This document shows positions 38,275 to 47,935 of a stretch of DNA of 64,000 bases, in pieces; position 1 is the first letter of the stretch; the number at the start of each line of letters is the position of its first letter. Source of the DNA: Nanobdellota archaeon (GTDB taxonomy: Archaea > Nanobdellota > Nanobdellia > Woesearchaeales > DATGWN01); NCBI GenBank assembly GCA_051819685.1, contig JBNJGI010000001.1, positions 18-64,017 of the forward strand, given 5' to 3'. Under the pieces are notes generated by a model. That model was not told the DNA's origin. It ran no database searches and was given only the letters and a program-made list of their open reading frames with translations. Both the position numbers and the translations under genes were made by a program.

Positions 38275-38982
38275 CTATTTCTCAATTTCAAGTATTGCAT
38301 TAATCTCTTTATCTACAATAGCACACCCGTTAAGCTTCAAAGCCCATAAAATACCTTCAAGTATACCTTTATCGAAATCTTTCCTTTTTTGGAAATTAGA
38401 TAATTTATAGAAATCAAGAAGACCTTTTTCATATGCAATAGTTGCAAGCTCGCATGATCTTATCGCTCTGATAAAACCAACCTTTTTCTTTAAATTTTCA
38501 ATCATTTCAGTTTTTACATCTATCTTAGTATGAAGTTTTCTCTCAAGTCTTTTCTTTATCTTCAAAGGTGCTTCAATAAGATATCTAGTATTCCTTTCAT
38601 CAATAACAAGAGTCTTAATATCATATTTAATACAAGTAGCAATAGCTTCTGCTTCAGCGTAATGTACTATCTTTACAGCATTCCCTTTATTGAAAAAACA
38701 CTTATTAGCAATATCCAGTATTTCATTTGCTTTTTTAGAAATATCTTCATCATCTTTTTCGTCCACTATCTTTAAAATACCATTAGCAATATAAGGCATT
38801 ATCCTTATACTTTCAAACTTATATTTCTTAGTTTTCATAGGACGATCTATTATCTCTTTACTTACACTTTTAGGTATAATGAATTCACCATTGAAATTTT
38901 TCTTCAATGCTTCTAGAAGCCATTGGGAACCGCTCATAGTAAGACTTATAATAGGACCAGAATCAAAAACAATACCTCTCAT
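38275..38982 (-). CDS. PIN-like nuclease domain protein (putative toxin-like)
   Basis: N-terminal IVFDSGPIISL, acidic residues in HYAEAEAIA / LVIDERN. Confidence 0.4.
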   Translation of the reverse strand: MRGIVFDSGPIISLTMSGSQWLLEALKKNFNGEFIIPKSVSKEIIDRPMKTKKYKFESIRIMPYIANGILKIVDEKDDEDISKKANEILDIANKCFFNKGNAVKIVHYAEAEAIATCIKYDIKTLVIDERNTRYLIEAPLKIKKRLERKLHTKIDVKTEMIENLKKKVGFIRAIRSCELATIAYEKGLLDFYKLSNFQKRKDFDKGILEGILWALKLNGCAIVDKEINAILEIEK

Positions 38983-39542
38983 CTAAAAACCTCCCTCGCA
39001 TACTTCAATCTTATCTTTGTCCTTGTATCGACATCTTCAGGATAATCATTCATAGAAGATTTACCTATATAATCATAAAGTTCCCATTGTGAGACATTCA
39101 TACTATCAGCTGCCAAAGCCACACTCATACCATGATCATAAAGTCTGCTACCTTTTTTAACACCTGCTCTTTCTATAACATTCCCTATTTTCAGCTCTTC
39201 TCCATTTTTTATGATAAGTTTTATAATATCATTTGATTCAGATTCAAATTCTTTAATCTTACCTCTCAAAAGAAAATCGTGCATTTTTGTAAGGTGATTT
39301 ATGAAAGTACTTAAAGGCAAAGGTACATTTTTTTGTATTCCTATTCTTTCTAATTTAAAAATACCAAATATAATTTTTGATATACTAATAGAAATACTAT
39401 CTTGGAATGTTGTTGAACTATGGGTAAGTTCATTTGATATCTTTTCTAAAGAAAGAAGCTCATTATTTCTTATTGTCCTTATAGTTTTTTCAAGGACTTT
39501 CAGAGAATCTTCTACACTCAATCCTTTTTTTAGATAAGTCAT
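38979..39542 (-). CDS. UPF0175-like HTH protein (putative antitoxin-like partner), 4-bp overlap with PIN-like gene
   Basis: C-terminal RLYDHGMSVALAADSMNVSQWELYDYIG resembles UPF0175 HTH. Confidence 0.4.
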   Translation of the reverse strand: MTYLKKGLSVEDSLKVLEKTIRTIRNNELLSLEKISNELTHSSTTFQDSISISISKIIFGIFKLERIGIQKNVPLPLSTFINHLTKMHDFLLRGKIKEFESESNDIIKLIIKNGEELKIGNVIERAGVKKGSRLYDHGMSVALAADSMNVSQWELYDYIGKSSMNDYPEDVDTRTKIRLKYAREVFR

Positions 39543-39600
39543 TAACTCAACCTCTTAACATTACTTTATGAACTGGTATTTAAAAATTTATTTATACATT

Positions 39601-39655
39601 AGTCAACGACCTAAGATTGTTATATTTTCATATTGCTTTGAAGCAATATTTTAAC
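39601..39655 (+). repeat. Partial B module upstream of the aIF2-gamma gene
   Basis: agtcaacgacctaagattgttatattttcatattgctttgaagcaa. Confidence 0.45.
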
Positions 39656-39740
39656 ATTTACTTCTAGGCAATATATTCACTAACTTTTTTTCATGCCAAG
39701 TTGTCCAAATATTTATAAATAGACTTTTTTTCGCATATAT

Positions 39741-40991
39741 ATGGCAAAAAAATCAAGCAAAAACGCCAAAGAAGAAAAATTCATCCAACCAGAAATAAAT
39801 CTGGGTCTAGTGGGTCACGTAGATCATGGAAAAACTACTTTGACCAAGGCTCTTAGCGGAGTATGGACCGATACACATTCAGAAGAACTCAAAAGAGGAA
39901 TAACTATAAGATTAGGATATGCAAATATGGAAGTAAGAAAAACTTCAGATAACAATCTTACTGTTGATAAAAAAGATAGTTTCGGTGTTGATACAGAATT
40001 GGTAAGGAAAATAAGTCTTGTTGATGCTCCTGGCCACGAGAGCCTTATGGCTACATTACTTGCTGGAACAACAATTATGGACGGAGCTCTTTTACTAGTA
40101 TCTGCCGATGATGATTGTCCTCAAGCTCAAACTGCAGAACATTTACAGGCTTTAGAAATATCAGGTATAGATAAGATAATAGTGATACAGAACAAAGTGG
40201 ATATGGTTCCCGAAGAAGATTGTAAAAATAATTATAATCAAATTAAAGAATTTCTTAAAGGAACAAAATATGAAGATTCACCTATAGTACCTATTGCAGC
40301 AAGATTCGGTCTTAATATGGATCTTCTATTAGAAACTATACAAGATTATTTTCCAACACCAAAACGTGATGATTCTAAAGATGCAAGATTTTTAGTTGCC
40401 CGTACCTTCGATATAAATAAACCTGGAACAAGACCTGGAAATCTGAAAGGAGGTGTGTTTGGAGGAGTTCTAAAACAAGGTCGTTTAAGCGTTGGAGATG
40501 ACATTGTCTTAACTCCTGGAAAAATAGTTATTGAACAAAACCAAACAAGCTGGAAACCCATAAAAACTAAAATAACAAACATCATGACTGGAGATGCTCC
40601 GGTAAATACAATTGTTCCTGGAGGTTCTGTAGCAATAATGACAGAGCTTGATCCTGCTATTGTAAAAGGGGATGCCCTTAAAGGTAACACTTTAAGTCAT
40701 ACTGATGAAGTACCTCAGGTATGGACAAAAATAAAACTTGATGTGCATCTAATGAAACGTATAATAAGCAATCAAGGAGAAATTAAAGTTAATAACATAG
40801 CTAAAGGTGAACACCTTCTTATGAATGTCAATTCTGCCGCTACAGTAGGAATAGTAACGGATGTCAGCAAAAAAGGAACAGTTTTTGAGCTTAGAATACC
40901 TATAGCTGCAGAAAAAGGTCAAAAAATATCTTTATCCAGACAGATTGGAAATAGATTCAGACTTATAGGATATGGTGAAATAATAGAATAG
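39741..40991 (+). CDS. eif2g: Translation initiation factor aIF2 gamma subunit
   Basis: GHVDHGKTTL, DAPGHE, NKVD G-motifs; zinc-ribbon Cys; TATA-like atttataaatag about 25 bp upstream. Confidence 0.9.
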   Translation: MAKKSSKNAKEEKFIQPEINLGLVGHVDHGKTTLTKALSGVWTDTHSEELKRGITIRLGYANMEVRKTSDNNLTVDKKDSFGVDTELVRKISLVDAPGHESLMATLLAGTTIMDGALLLVSADDDCPQAQTAEHLQALEISGIDKIIVIQNKVDMVPEEDCKNNYNQIKEFLKGTKYEDSPIVPIAARFGLNMDLLLETIQDYFPTPKRDDSKDARFLVARTFDINKPGTRPGNLKGGVFGGVLKQGRLSVGDDIVLTPGKIVIEQNQTSWKPIKTKITNIMTGDAPVNTIVPGGSVAIMTELDPAIVKGDALKGNTLSHTDEVPQVWTKIKLDVHLMKRIISNQGEIKVNNIAKGEHLLMNVNSAATVGIVTDVSKKGTVFELRIPIAAEKGQKISLSRQIGNRFRLIGYGEIIE

Positions 40992-40997
40992 ATTTAA

Positions 40998-41429
40998 TCA
41001 TTCTTTTTTAAGCATAATTTTAGGCCCGTCCATTGTATAATTCTTATCGTTCTTTAAATTCTTATAATTGAACTTAACTACAGCAGAAGGAGAATCCACA
41101 CTTATATCCAGTTTATAAGTTTCTCCCGGAGTCAAATATTTATTCAATGAAAAAGTATTTTCATCAATTTCTATGGATGTAATATTTATGTTATAAGGAA
41201 GATTATTCTGTATAATCGCTTCAAGTTTTTCTCCATCCCATTTAATTTCCTTAAGTGCTATATCAGAAGATGCCCAGATACTCCTTGATTGTGATATTTT
41301 TTTATCATCAGCAAGACTTGTAAGATTGACAATTGTACCTGTAAGAATTAAAAGAAAAGCTATGACTACTGATATAATAATTATAAACTCCACAGTTGTT
41401 TGCGTTTTTTTTCTAAAAAACATCTTCAA
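40998..41429 (-). CDS. Pilin-like protein (class III signal peptide)
   Basis: MKMFFRKKTQTTVEFIIIISVVIAFLLIL. Confidence 0.65.
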   Translation of the reverse strand: MKMFFRKKTQTTVEFIIIISVVIAFLLILTGTIVNLTSLADDKKISQSRSIWASSDIALKEIKWDGEKLEAIIQNNLPYNINITSIEIDENTFSLNKYLTPGETYKLDISVDSPSAVVKFNYKNLKNDKNYTMDGPKIMLKKE

Positions 41430-42502
41430 GAAAAGTCATTAAGGTCTTTTACAGTAGTATCATAATAAATAAGAGTGGTTGTCCCTTCAATACCGCCTTT
41501 CTGTTTTTTTACTTTAATAAAATTATTTTCTTGCAGTTTATCCACTCTTCTTTGAAAAGTCTTATAACTTATATTACCTCCTCTTTCAGTATAAATATTA
41601 TACAAATCACCTATTCTTGCAGGAGAATTATCTTTAATTATATCTAATATACCTTTTTCATCCCCTTTCAGATCATCTACTTTTTTTGTCTTAAAATCAT
41701 GAAGCTTATTAATAGCCTTTTCAACATCTTTATCTTCCACTTTTTTTCTGCTTTCTTCCTCTGCAGAAAAGGTTGACTCTTTCAACAAGAAAAGTCCTGT
41801 CCTTATATCCTTCAGTTCATAAGTCTTATTGTAAATTTTTTCTAAAGTTTTTTCTTCCCAAACTCCTGGTTTAAAAGCGAGGTCTTTTCTTTCTTTGATA
41901 ATTTCTTTAGTCTCATTTTTGCTATACGGAAGAAACTCTATTTTTTCAGGTACAAACCGTGACATAATTCTTTTATCTAATGAAGAAATCCAACTCTTAT
42001 AATTAGTTATACATATAAGACTTTTTCTATATATTTCTTCGAGTATAGAATACAAAAAACCCTGATCTTCAGCTTTATCTATTTCATCAAAAACAAAAAC
42101 TGCTGATTTTTTATTAACAATACCTTTGATAACAGCAAATAATTCTTCAGTCCTTTTATTATGAGTGAATTTATAATCTAGCTGATAACAAATATCAAGA
42201 AAAATTTTATAACTCGTATTTTTCTGCCAACAATTAACATAAATCGGCAGAATATCATCTGTCTGGTCCTCCATTTCAGAAAGAATGTGTTTAGTTGCTA
42301 CAGTCTTACCAACTCCTGGAAGACCAAATATTATAGCATTCTTTCCATTCATATCTCCGAACAAAGGTTTTATACATCTTGCGATAGAAAATTGAGATTT
42401 TTCTCTAAAAGGAATAAGTTTAGGTATATAGTCATAGCTTAATGCTACCTCATTTTTGAAAAGAGTTTCGTCACTTGATAAAATTTCATCGAATACGCCC
42501 AT
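41426..42502 (-). CDS. cdc6: Orc1/Cdc6 replication initiator (AAA+ + winged helix)
   Basis: YIPKLIPFREKSQF...NAIIFGLPGVGKT (Walker A), VFVFDEIDK (Walker B). Confidence 0.8.
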   Translation of the reverse strand: MGVFDEILSSDETLFKNEVALSYDYIPKLIPFREKSQFSIARCIKPLFGDMNGKNAIIFGLPGVGKTVATKHILSEMEDQTDDILPIYVNCWQKNTSYKIFLDICYQLDYKFTHNKRTEELFAVIKGIVNKKSAVFVFDEIDKAEDQGFLYSILEEIYRKSLICITNYKSWISSLDKRIMSRFVPEKIEFLPYSKNETKEIIKERKDLAFKPGVWEEKTLEKIYNKTYELKDIRTGLFLLKESTFSAEEESRKKVEDKDVEKAINKLHDFKTKKVDDLKGDEKGILDIIKDNSPARIGDLYNIYTERGGNISYKTFQRRVDKLQENNFIKVKKQKGGIEGTTTLIYYDTTVKDLNDFS

Positions 42503-42662
42503 AAAATTGATATAATTAATGTATTTTTAAAGTTTGTTACAAGGCGGCAAATACATTTAAATGACTTAAGATATTCTCTTAAAATAAATTGCTATAAAGT
42601 TTTAAATAAAATGGCATATATTTATTTATATTTTTAAGTATTAAATATAGATAATCCAACAA

Positions 42663-43889
42663 TCATATCTTTTTTATCTTTACTTTATCTATTTTATGAT
42701 GCCGTATCTTTTGAACACTCATTGCTAGCCTATTCTTCTTATCTTTTATCTCTTGACCTATTTCAGGAAAATCATTCAATTTATATTGTATATAACCACC
42801 TAAAGTAGAATAATGACCATTTTCAGGAATTTTTATTCTCAAAGCTTCATTTAAATCATTAATATTAACATCTCCATCGAAAAGATAAGAATCCTTACTT
42901 ATTCTTTTAAAAAAATACTCCTCATTATCGCTTTCATCAGTAATCTCTCCCACTATCTCTTCAAGAATATCTTCCATAGTAACAATACCGGCAGTCCCTC
43001 CAAATTCGTCAAGTACTACGGCCATTTGCATTCTATATTTTTGAAACTCTGAAAAAAGCTCCTGTATAATTTTCTCTCCAGAAACGAAAATGATTTTTTT
43101 ATATATATCTTTAGCTTTCTTTTTACTACTATTTCCAGAAGGAATTAAATCACGTATATGGAGATATCCTATAATATTATCTATATCCTTACTATAAACA
43201 GGAACTCTTGAATAACAAGTATTGCTTAACTTTTTTCTTATATCTTTTACTATCTCATCTTCCTGTATAGAAAACACATCAGTTCTTGGAGTCATAATTT
43301 CCTTAACTTTAATATCATCGAACTGGAAAACGCTTTTCATCATCTGTTTTTGTTTCTTGTGAAGCACTTCTTTTTCAGCTCCCATTTCAATCATAGTTTC
43401 AATTTCACTTTCAGTGACAATATCGGGATTTTTATTATCCATCTTTAAAAAATTTGAAAGTAATTCAAAAAGAAAAATGACAGGTAGCAGAAGATATTCT
43501 AAAAATAATATATATTTAGAAGCGATTAAGCTAATCTTGGTCGAATGTTTAGCAAAAGAAGTCTTCGGAAGAATTTCTCCGAAAGTCAGGATGAGCAAAG
43601 TCATTATACCTGTAGCAACACCAATACCTGCGCTACCGAAAGCTTCAGTAAAAACTACTGTAGCAATTGATGAAGAAGCGACATTAACAAGATTGTTCCC
43701 TATAAGAATAGTTATAATAAGTCTTCTTTGATTATTCTTAAGCTTCAATAAAAACTCGCTGTTTTTTTGCTTTTGATTATAAAGAGATCTTGCTTTTACA
43801 TGGCTTAATGTAAGAAAGGCAGTCTCAAGTCCTGAAAAAACCCCTGAGAGGACCAAAAGAACGATAAGCATTAATAAAAATTCTATCAT
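42663..43889 (-). CDS. CNNM/CorC-HlyC family transporter (DUF21 TM + CBS pair + CorC_HlyC)
   Basis: MIEFLLMLIVLLVLSGVFSGLETAFLTLSHVKARSL. Confidence 0.75.
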   Translation of the reverse strand: MIEFLLMLIVLLVLSGVFSGLETAFLTLSHVKARSLYNQKQKNSEFLLKLKNNQRRLIITILIGNNLVNVASSSIATVVFTEAFGSAGIGVATGIMTLLILTFGEILPKTSFAKHSTKISLIASKYILFLEYLLLPVIFLFELLSNFLKMDNKNPDIVTESEIETMIEMGAEKEVLHKKQKQMMKSVFQFDDIKVKEIMTPRTDVFSIQEDEIVKDIRKKLSNTCYSRVPVYSKDIDNIIGYLHIRDLIPSGNSSKKKAKDIYKKIIFVSGEKIIQELFSEFQKYRMQMAVVLDEFGGTAGIVTMEDILEEIVGEITDESDNEEYFFKRISKDSYLFDGDVNINDLNEALRIKIPENGHYSTLGGYIQYKLNDFPEIGQEIKDKKNRLAMSVQKIRHHKIDKVKIKKI

Positions 43890-43957
43890 ATTGAGTCACT
43901 TATATTTTAACAATTACTAAAGACTAACTAAGATATTTATAAATTTTGCTTATTTTT

Positions 43958-44098
43958 AATAAAGTATATTTTATATGGCGCAGAATAATTAAACACTTAT
44001 GGTTTAACTATTACGAAATTTGATAGAATTAGTCTAGCCAAATTTCTGTTTTTTCTGCAAGGCAATATAAAAATATAACAATCTTATGTCGCCTACTA
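43958..44098 (-). repeat. Contiguous composite BC element (reverse orientation); C part carries the palindrome and TATA-like box facing the CNNM gene
   Basis: Reverse complement reads tagtaggcgacataagattgttatatttttatattgccttgcagaaaaaacagaaatttggctagactaattctatcaaatttcgtaatagttaaaccataagtgtttaattattctgcgccatataaaatatactt. Confidence 0.7.
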
Positions 44099-44114
44099 TT
44101 TTAGAACATATAAC

Positions 44115-44243
44115 AAAATGAGTGATGATATTGCCTTGAAGTAAAGTTTGAATTTGCGGCAATAAGTGAAACTACTTACAGGAGCGCAAATTCAATCTTA
44201 TTCGTCCGGAGACACGAAAGATTATTCGCAATATCACTCGCTT
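44115..44243 (+). repeat. Repeat element A copy
   Basis: aaaatgagtgatgatattgccttgaag...cttacaggagcgcaaattcaatc...ttattcgcaatatcactcgcttttt. Confidence 0.7.
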
Positions 44244-44374
44244 TTTGTAAGTATACCAGAAACTGGTAAAATATATATTCAATTTGAATTAACTTATAAA
44301 AAACTACGCAATTTCATTAAACAATAATAACAAATATTTATAAATGAATCTGTTCCTTTAAAAACAGGGGTTTA

Positions 44375-47300
44375 ATGGTAGATAAAAAAGAAGGTGAAAA
44401 GCAGTCTTTTGAGGAACTAAATGAAAAATTTAATAATCTCAAAAAATTAGCTTCAGAATTCGGTGTAGGAACAGATAAAAGCGATAAAGAAAAAAATGAT
44501 AATATAGTAAATCTTTCTGTAGATAATTCTAAACCCTATGAAAAAGAAAACGATCTCAAGTTAGTCGAAAATACAGCTGAATCTTATAATGAAGTTGAAG
44601 TATATGATAGTATTTCAGAAAACAAGGATAAATTTACGCTTAACAAAGAAAATTTATCTGACGATTCCATCAACAAATTCAATGATGGGATAATAAAGAT
44701 TAAAGATGAGATAAAAAAATCTCTTGGTGGATCAATATCGCCTGATATTAAAGAAGATACACCGGAAACTAACACTAATGAAGAAGAATCTTTTGAAAAC
44801 AAACAATCTCAAAAAGAAATAATAGAAAAAGAACCAGTTGAGCAGAATAATTCAGATAAAGCTGAAGAAATCCAAGAAGAAAAAAAGATAGAAGAAGAAA
44901 ACAATAAACTTCAGGAAAAAATAAATAAAAAACAACATCTTAAGAACAAATACATCCAGTTAGAGGAAGATATCAAAGATGCGAAAAACATCCATAAATT
45001 AAGAAAAGAAATAGAAAAAAAGAATAAAAAAATAGATGAGAAACTTTATTATCTCGAATCTAAAGAAAGTGAATTAGCTGAAAAATCTACACAAATCTAT
45101 GAAAAAGAGAAAGAACTTGAAGAAACAAGAAAAAAATTATTCATGAAAGAGCAGGAAGTAGGTGAACTTATAGAAAAAAATGTAGAAAAAGTCAAGGAGT
45201 TCGATGATAAATCTACTGAAATCAGTGATAAATCAAAAGATATAGCTCAAAGGGAAAATGAATTATTGGTGCAAGAAAAAAAGCTAATGAAATTACAATC
45301 AGAACTTAATGAAGAACAGATCAAATTAAAAAATAATTCATTAAAACAAGAAAACAGCTGGAAAAAAGCAAAAAGTAAAATAGATGAGATGGAAAGATAT
45401 GTGACTGATAAAGAAAAAGAGATCAAATCAAGATTAAAACACCTCAATGATAAAGAAAAAAATCTCAAAAAGAAAGAAGAAAAAGTAAACAAAACAGAAA
45501 AAGGTATACATGAACACCTAAACCATATCAGTAAAAGGGAAAAGGAAGTTGATAAGAAAGAAAAAGAACTTCATAAAAAAGAAATAGGAATGAATGACCA
45601 AGAAGAAAAACTATCTCAGAAAAAACTCGAGCTTGAAGAAACATTAAGACATAATAATAACATAAAAAAAGAGCTTGAAGATAAAAGAAAAGAAATTGAT
45701 GAAATTGAAAAAGATAAGCAGAAAGCACTTGAAGAATATAACAATTACCTTAAAGAAAAAGATGCTCTTGAACAAGAAAAAAACAGACTAAAAAAACTTG
45801 AAGAGGATATTCTTGAAAACGAAGAAAATGTAAGAAAAAATGCTAATGTATTGAAAAAACGTGAAAATGAACTGGAAATAAGAGAAAGGAAAGCCGAAGA
45901 TCTGATAGAACATAATAATTCATTAAAACTTAAATTAGAAGAAGAAGAATCTAAGAAAAAAGATGTAAAGAAACTACACAAAGAGTTAAAAGATAAGAAA
46001 ATAGAAATTGAAAAAGAAAAAAATAATTATGAAACATTAAGTGATGAACTCAAACAGAAAATTGAAATAAATAAACAAGAAAAAAATAACCTTGAAAAAG
46101 AAAAGTCAGAAATTAAAAATAATAAAAACAATCTTGAGAAAAAAGAGAAAGATCTTACTAAAAGGGATGCTCAAATACAAGTAAAAGAGAATGATATCAA
46201 ACAAAAAGAGAAAGAAATAAATGTTTATCTAAAACAAAAGAAAGAGTTTGAAAAAGAACTTGAAAATATAGAAACCAAAAAAACTGAATTAAGAGATAAA
46301 GAAGCAGAAATACAAGGAAAAATCGATAAAAATACTGCAATGCTTGATGAAATAGATCAAAAAAGTCAGCAAATTGAAAAAGAAAAGTCAGAAATTTCAG
46401 AAAAAGAAAATGATATTGAAAGTAAAGAAAAAGAATTAAAAACATTATTGGAAGAAGAAAAGAAAAGTAAAACAAGAACCTCTCAAATAGAATCTGAAAA
46501 GAAAAAAGAGCTTAAAGAACTACAATCACTAAAAAAAGATCAAGGAAAAACCAATAAGGAACTTGAAAACAAAATAAATAAGGTTGAAAAAGAAAGAACT
46601 CTTCTTCAAGAAAAACAAGAATCGCTCAAAACAAAGGAATCTGAAATAAAATCCAAACTTGAAGAAATAAAGACCGAAAAGAAAGAAAAAGAAAAACTAC
46701 TTGCTAATCTTGACAAGAAAGAAAAATCTCTTGCTAAAGAAGAAGTCCGTATAGATAAAAAATCAAGTGAACTTGAAGAAAAATCCAAAGAAGATGAAGC
46801 AAGAAAATCTGACATCAAAAATCTTATATCTGAAAAGAAATCTGTTCTGGAAGATCTTGATAAAAAAGAAAAAAACATCTCCAAACTTGAAGAAGAATAC
46901 AATAAAAAACTTTCATCCCTCACAAAAAAAGAAGAATCGCTCAAAACAAAGGAATCTGAAATAAAATCCAAACTTGAAGAAATAAAGACCGAAAAGAAAG
47001 AAAAAGAAAAACTACTTGCTAATCTTGACAAGAAAGAAAAATCTCTTGCTAAAGAAGAAGTCCGTATAGATAAAAAATCAAGTGAACTTGAAGAAAGAAG
47101 TGCTTCAGTCATTGAAGATGAAAAAAATCTTAAAACCAAAAATCAGAATTATCATAAAAAGATGAAAGAACTAGAAAAAAAATCTGAAGAATTGAATATT
47201 CACGAATCTGATCTGAAAGAAAGAGAAATGCAAAATAGGAAACTAATTGATGAAATAAAAGAAGAAAAAACCCAGGTTGAAGGTATCAAACAAAAAATCA

Positions 47301-47935
47301 CTGACATCAATAAAAATATTGAAGATAAAGACATTAATCTAAAAAATAAAGAAAAGGAACTTAATTCACGTGAAGAAAGAGTTAAATCTACTGAAGAAGA
47401 TATCTATAATAGAAAAGATCAAATCGAAAAGAAAGAAAAAGAACTTTTCAACGCTAAAAAACTTGTAGAGGATATGAAGGAACAAATAAAAGAAGAATAT
47501 TTAAAAATAAACCAGACGAAAGATTTGCTTGATGATAAACTAAAAATGACAGAAGAAAAAAGACAGTTATATGAAAAAGAATGGGAAGAATTTCAAGAAA
47601 AATCCAAAGAAACAGAAAACACAAAAACTCAGTTCCTTGAAGCTAAGGAAAAATTGGAAGAGATAAAATCCAGATCAGAAAAAGAATTAGATAATCTTTT
47701 AACGGAAAAGAACAAATATATACGTGAAAACAAAAAAATGCGTCAGATGAATCATGAAATGAAAAAGAAAAAAGAAATCTTGGATGTTTCAAAACATAAG
47801 ATAGCTGGAAAAATAAAAGAACTCACAAAAAAAGAAAAAGCTTTACAATCAAAAGAATCTATATATAATAAAAAAGAAGAATTTTTAAATAGATATGAAA
47901 AGGAATTGGTCGAGAAGGAAAAGAGGTTAATATGA
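44375..47935 (+). CDS. Giant (1186 aa) K/E-rich coiled-coil protein
   Basis: Continuous heptad-like EKEKELKK low complexity; no TM or signal peptide; TATA-like atttataaatg + cagggg upstream. Confidence 0.7.
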   Translation: MVDKKEGEKQSFEELNEKFNNLKKLASEFGVGTDKSDKEKNDNIVNLSVDNSKPYEKENDLKLVENTAESYNEVEVYDSISENKDKFTLNKENLSDDSINKFNDGIIKIKDEIKKSLGGSISPDIKEDTPETNTNEEESFENKQSQKEIIEKEPVEQNNSDKAEEIQEEKKIEEENNKLQEKINKKQHLKNKYIQLEEDIKDAKNIHKLRKEIEKKNKKIDEKLYYLESKESELAEKSTQIYEKEKELEETRKKLFMKEQEVGELIEKNVEKVKEFDDKSTEISDKSKDIAQRENELLVQEKKLMKLQSELNEEQIKLKNNSLKQENSWKKAKSKIDEMERYVTDKEKEIKSRLKHLNDKEKNLKKKEEKVNKTEKGIHEHLNHISKREKEVDKKEKELHKKEIGMNDQEEKLSQKKLELEETLRHNNNIKKELEDKRKEIDEIEKDKQKALEEYNNYLKEKDALEQEKNRLKKLEEDILENEENVRKNANVLKKRENELEIRERKAEDLIEHNNSLKLKLEEEESKKKDVKKLHKELKDKKIEIEKEKNNYETLSDELKQKIEINKQEKNNLEKEKSEIKNNKNNLEKKEKDLTKRDAQIQVKENDIKQKEKEINVYLKQKKEFEKELENIETKKTELRDKEAEIQGKIDKNTAMLDEIDQKSQQIEKEKSEISEKENDIESKEKELKTLLEEEKKSKTRTSQIESEKKKELKELQSLKKDQGKTNKELENKINKVEKERTLLQEKQESLKTKESEIKSKLEEIKTEKKEKEKLLANLDKKEKSLAKEEVRIDKKSSELEEKSKEDEARKSDIKNLISEKKSVLEDLDKKEKNISKLEEEYNKKLSSLTKKEESLKTKESEIKSKLEEIKTEKKEKEKLLANLDKKEKSLAKEEVRIDKKSSELEERSASVIEDEKNLKTKNQNYHKKMKELEKKSEELNIHESDLKEREMQNRKLIDEIKEEKTQVEGIKQKITDINKNIEDKDINLKNKEKELNSREERVKSTEEDIYNRKDQIEKKEKELFNAKKLVEDMKEQIKEEYLKINQTKDLLDDKLKMTEEKRQLYEKEWEEFQEKSKETENTKTQFLEAKEKLEEIKSRSEKELDNLLTEKNKYIRENKKMRQMNHEMKKKKEILDVSKHKIAGKIKELTKKEKALQSKESIYNKKEEFLNRYEKELVEKEKRLI

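Noticed and set aside
38174-38410. 78-aa plus-strand ORF spanning the duplicated tRNA 3' end region
   Set aside because: It reads through a tandem non-coding repeat and overlaps the 3' end of the minus-strand PIN-like gene; no start context.
42503-42662. Origin-recognition-box repeats next to orc1/cdc6
   Set aside because: I could not find ORB-like dyad repeats by eye in this 160-bp spacer; only an inferred proximity to oriC is retained.
44584-47139. Multiple minus-strand ORFs (44584..44802, 45247..45492, 45528..45728, 45745..45981, 46197..46475, 46606..47139) opposite the coiled-coil gene
   Set aside because: They are S/F/L-rich translations of the antisense of a GAA/AAA-rich coding strand (low-complexity artefacts). 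The sense ORF is continuous and coherent.
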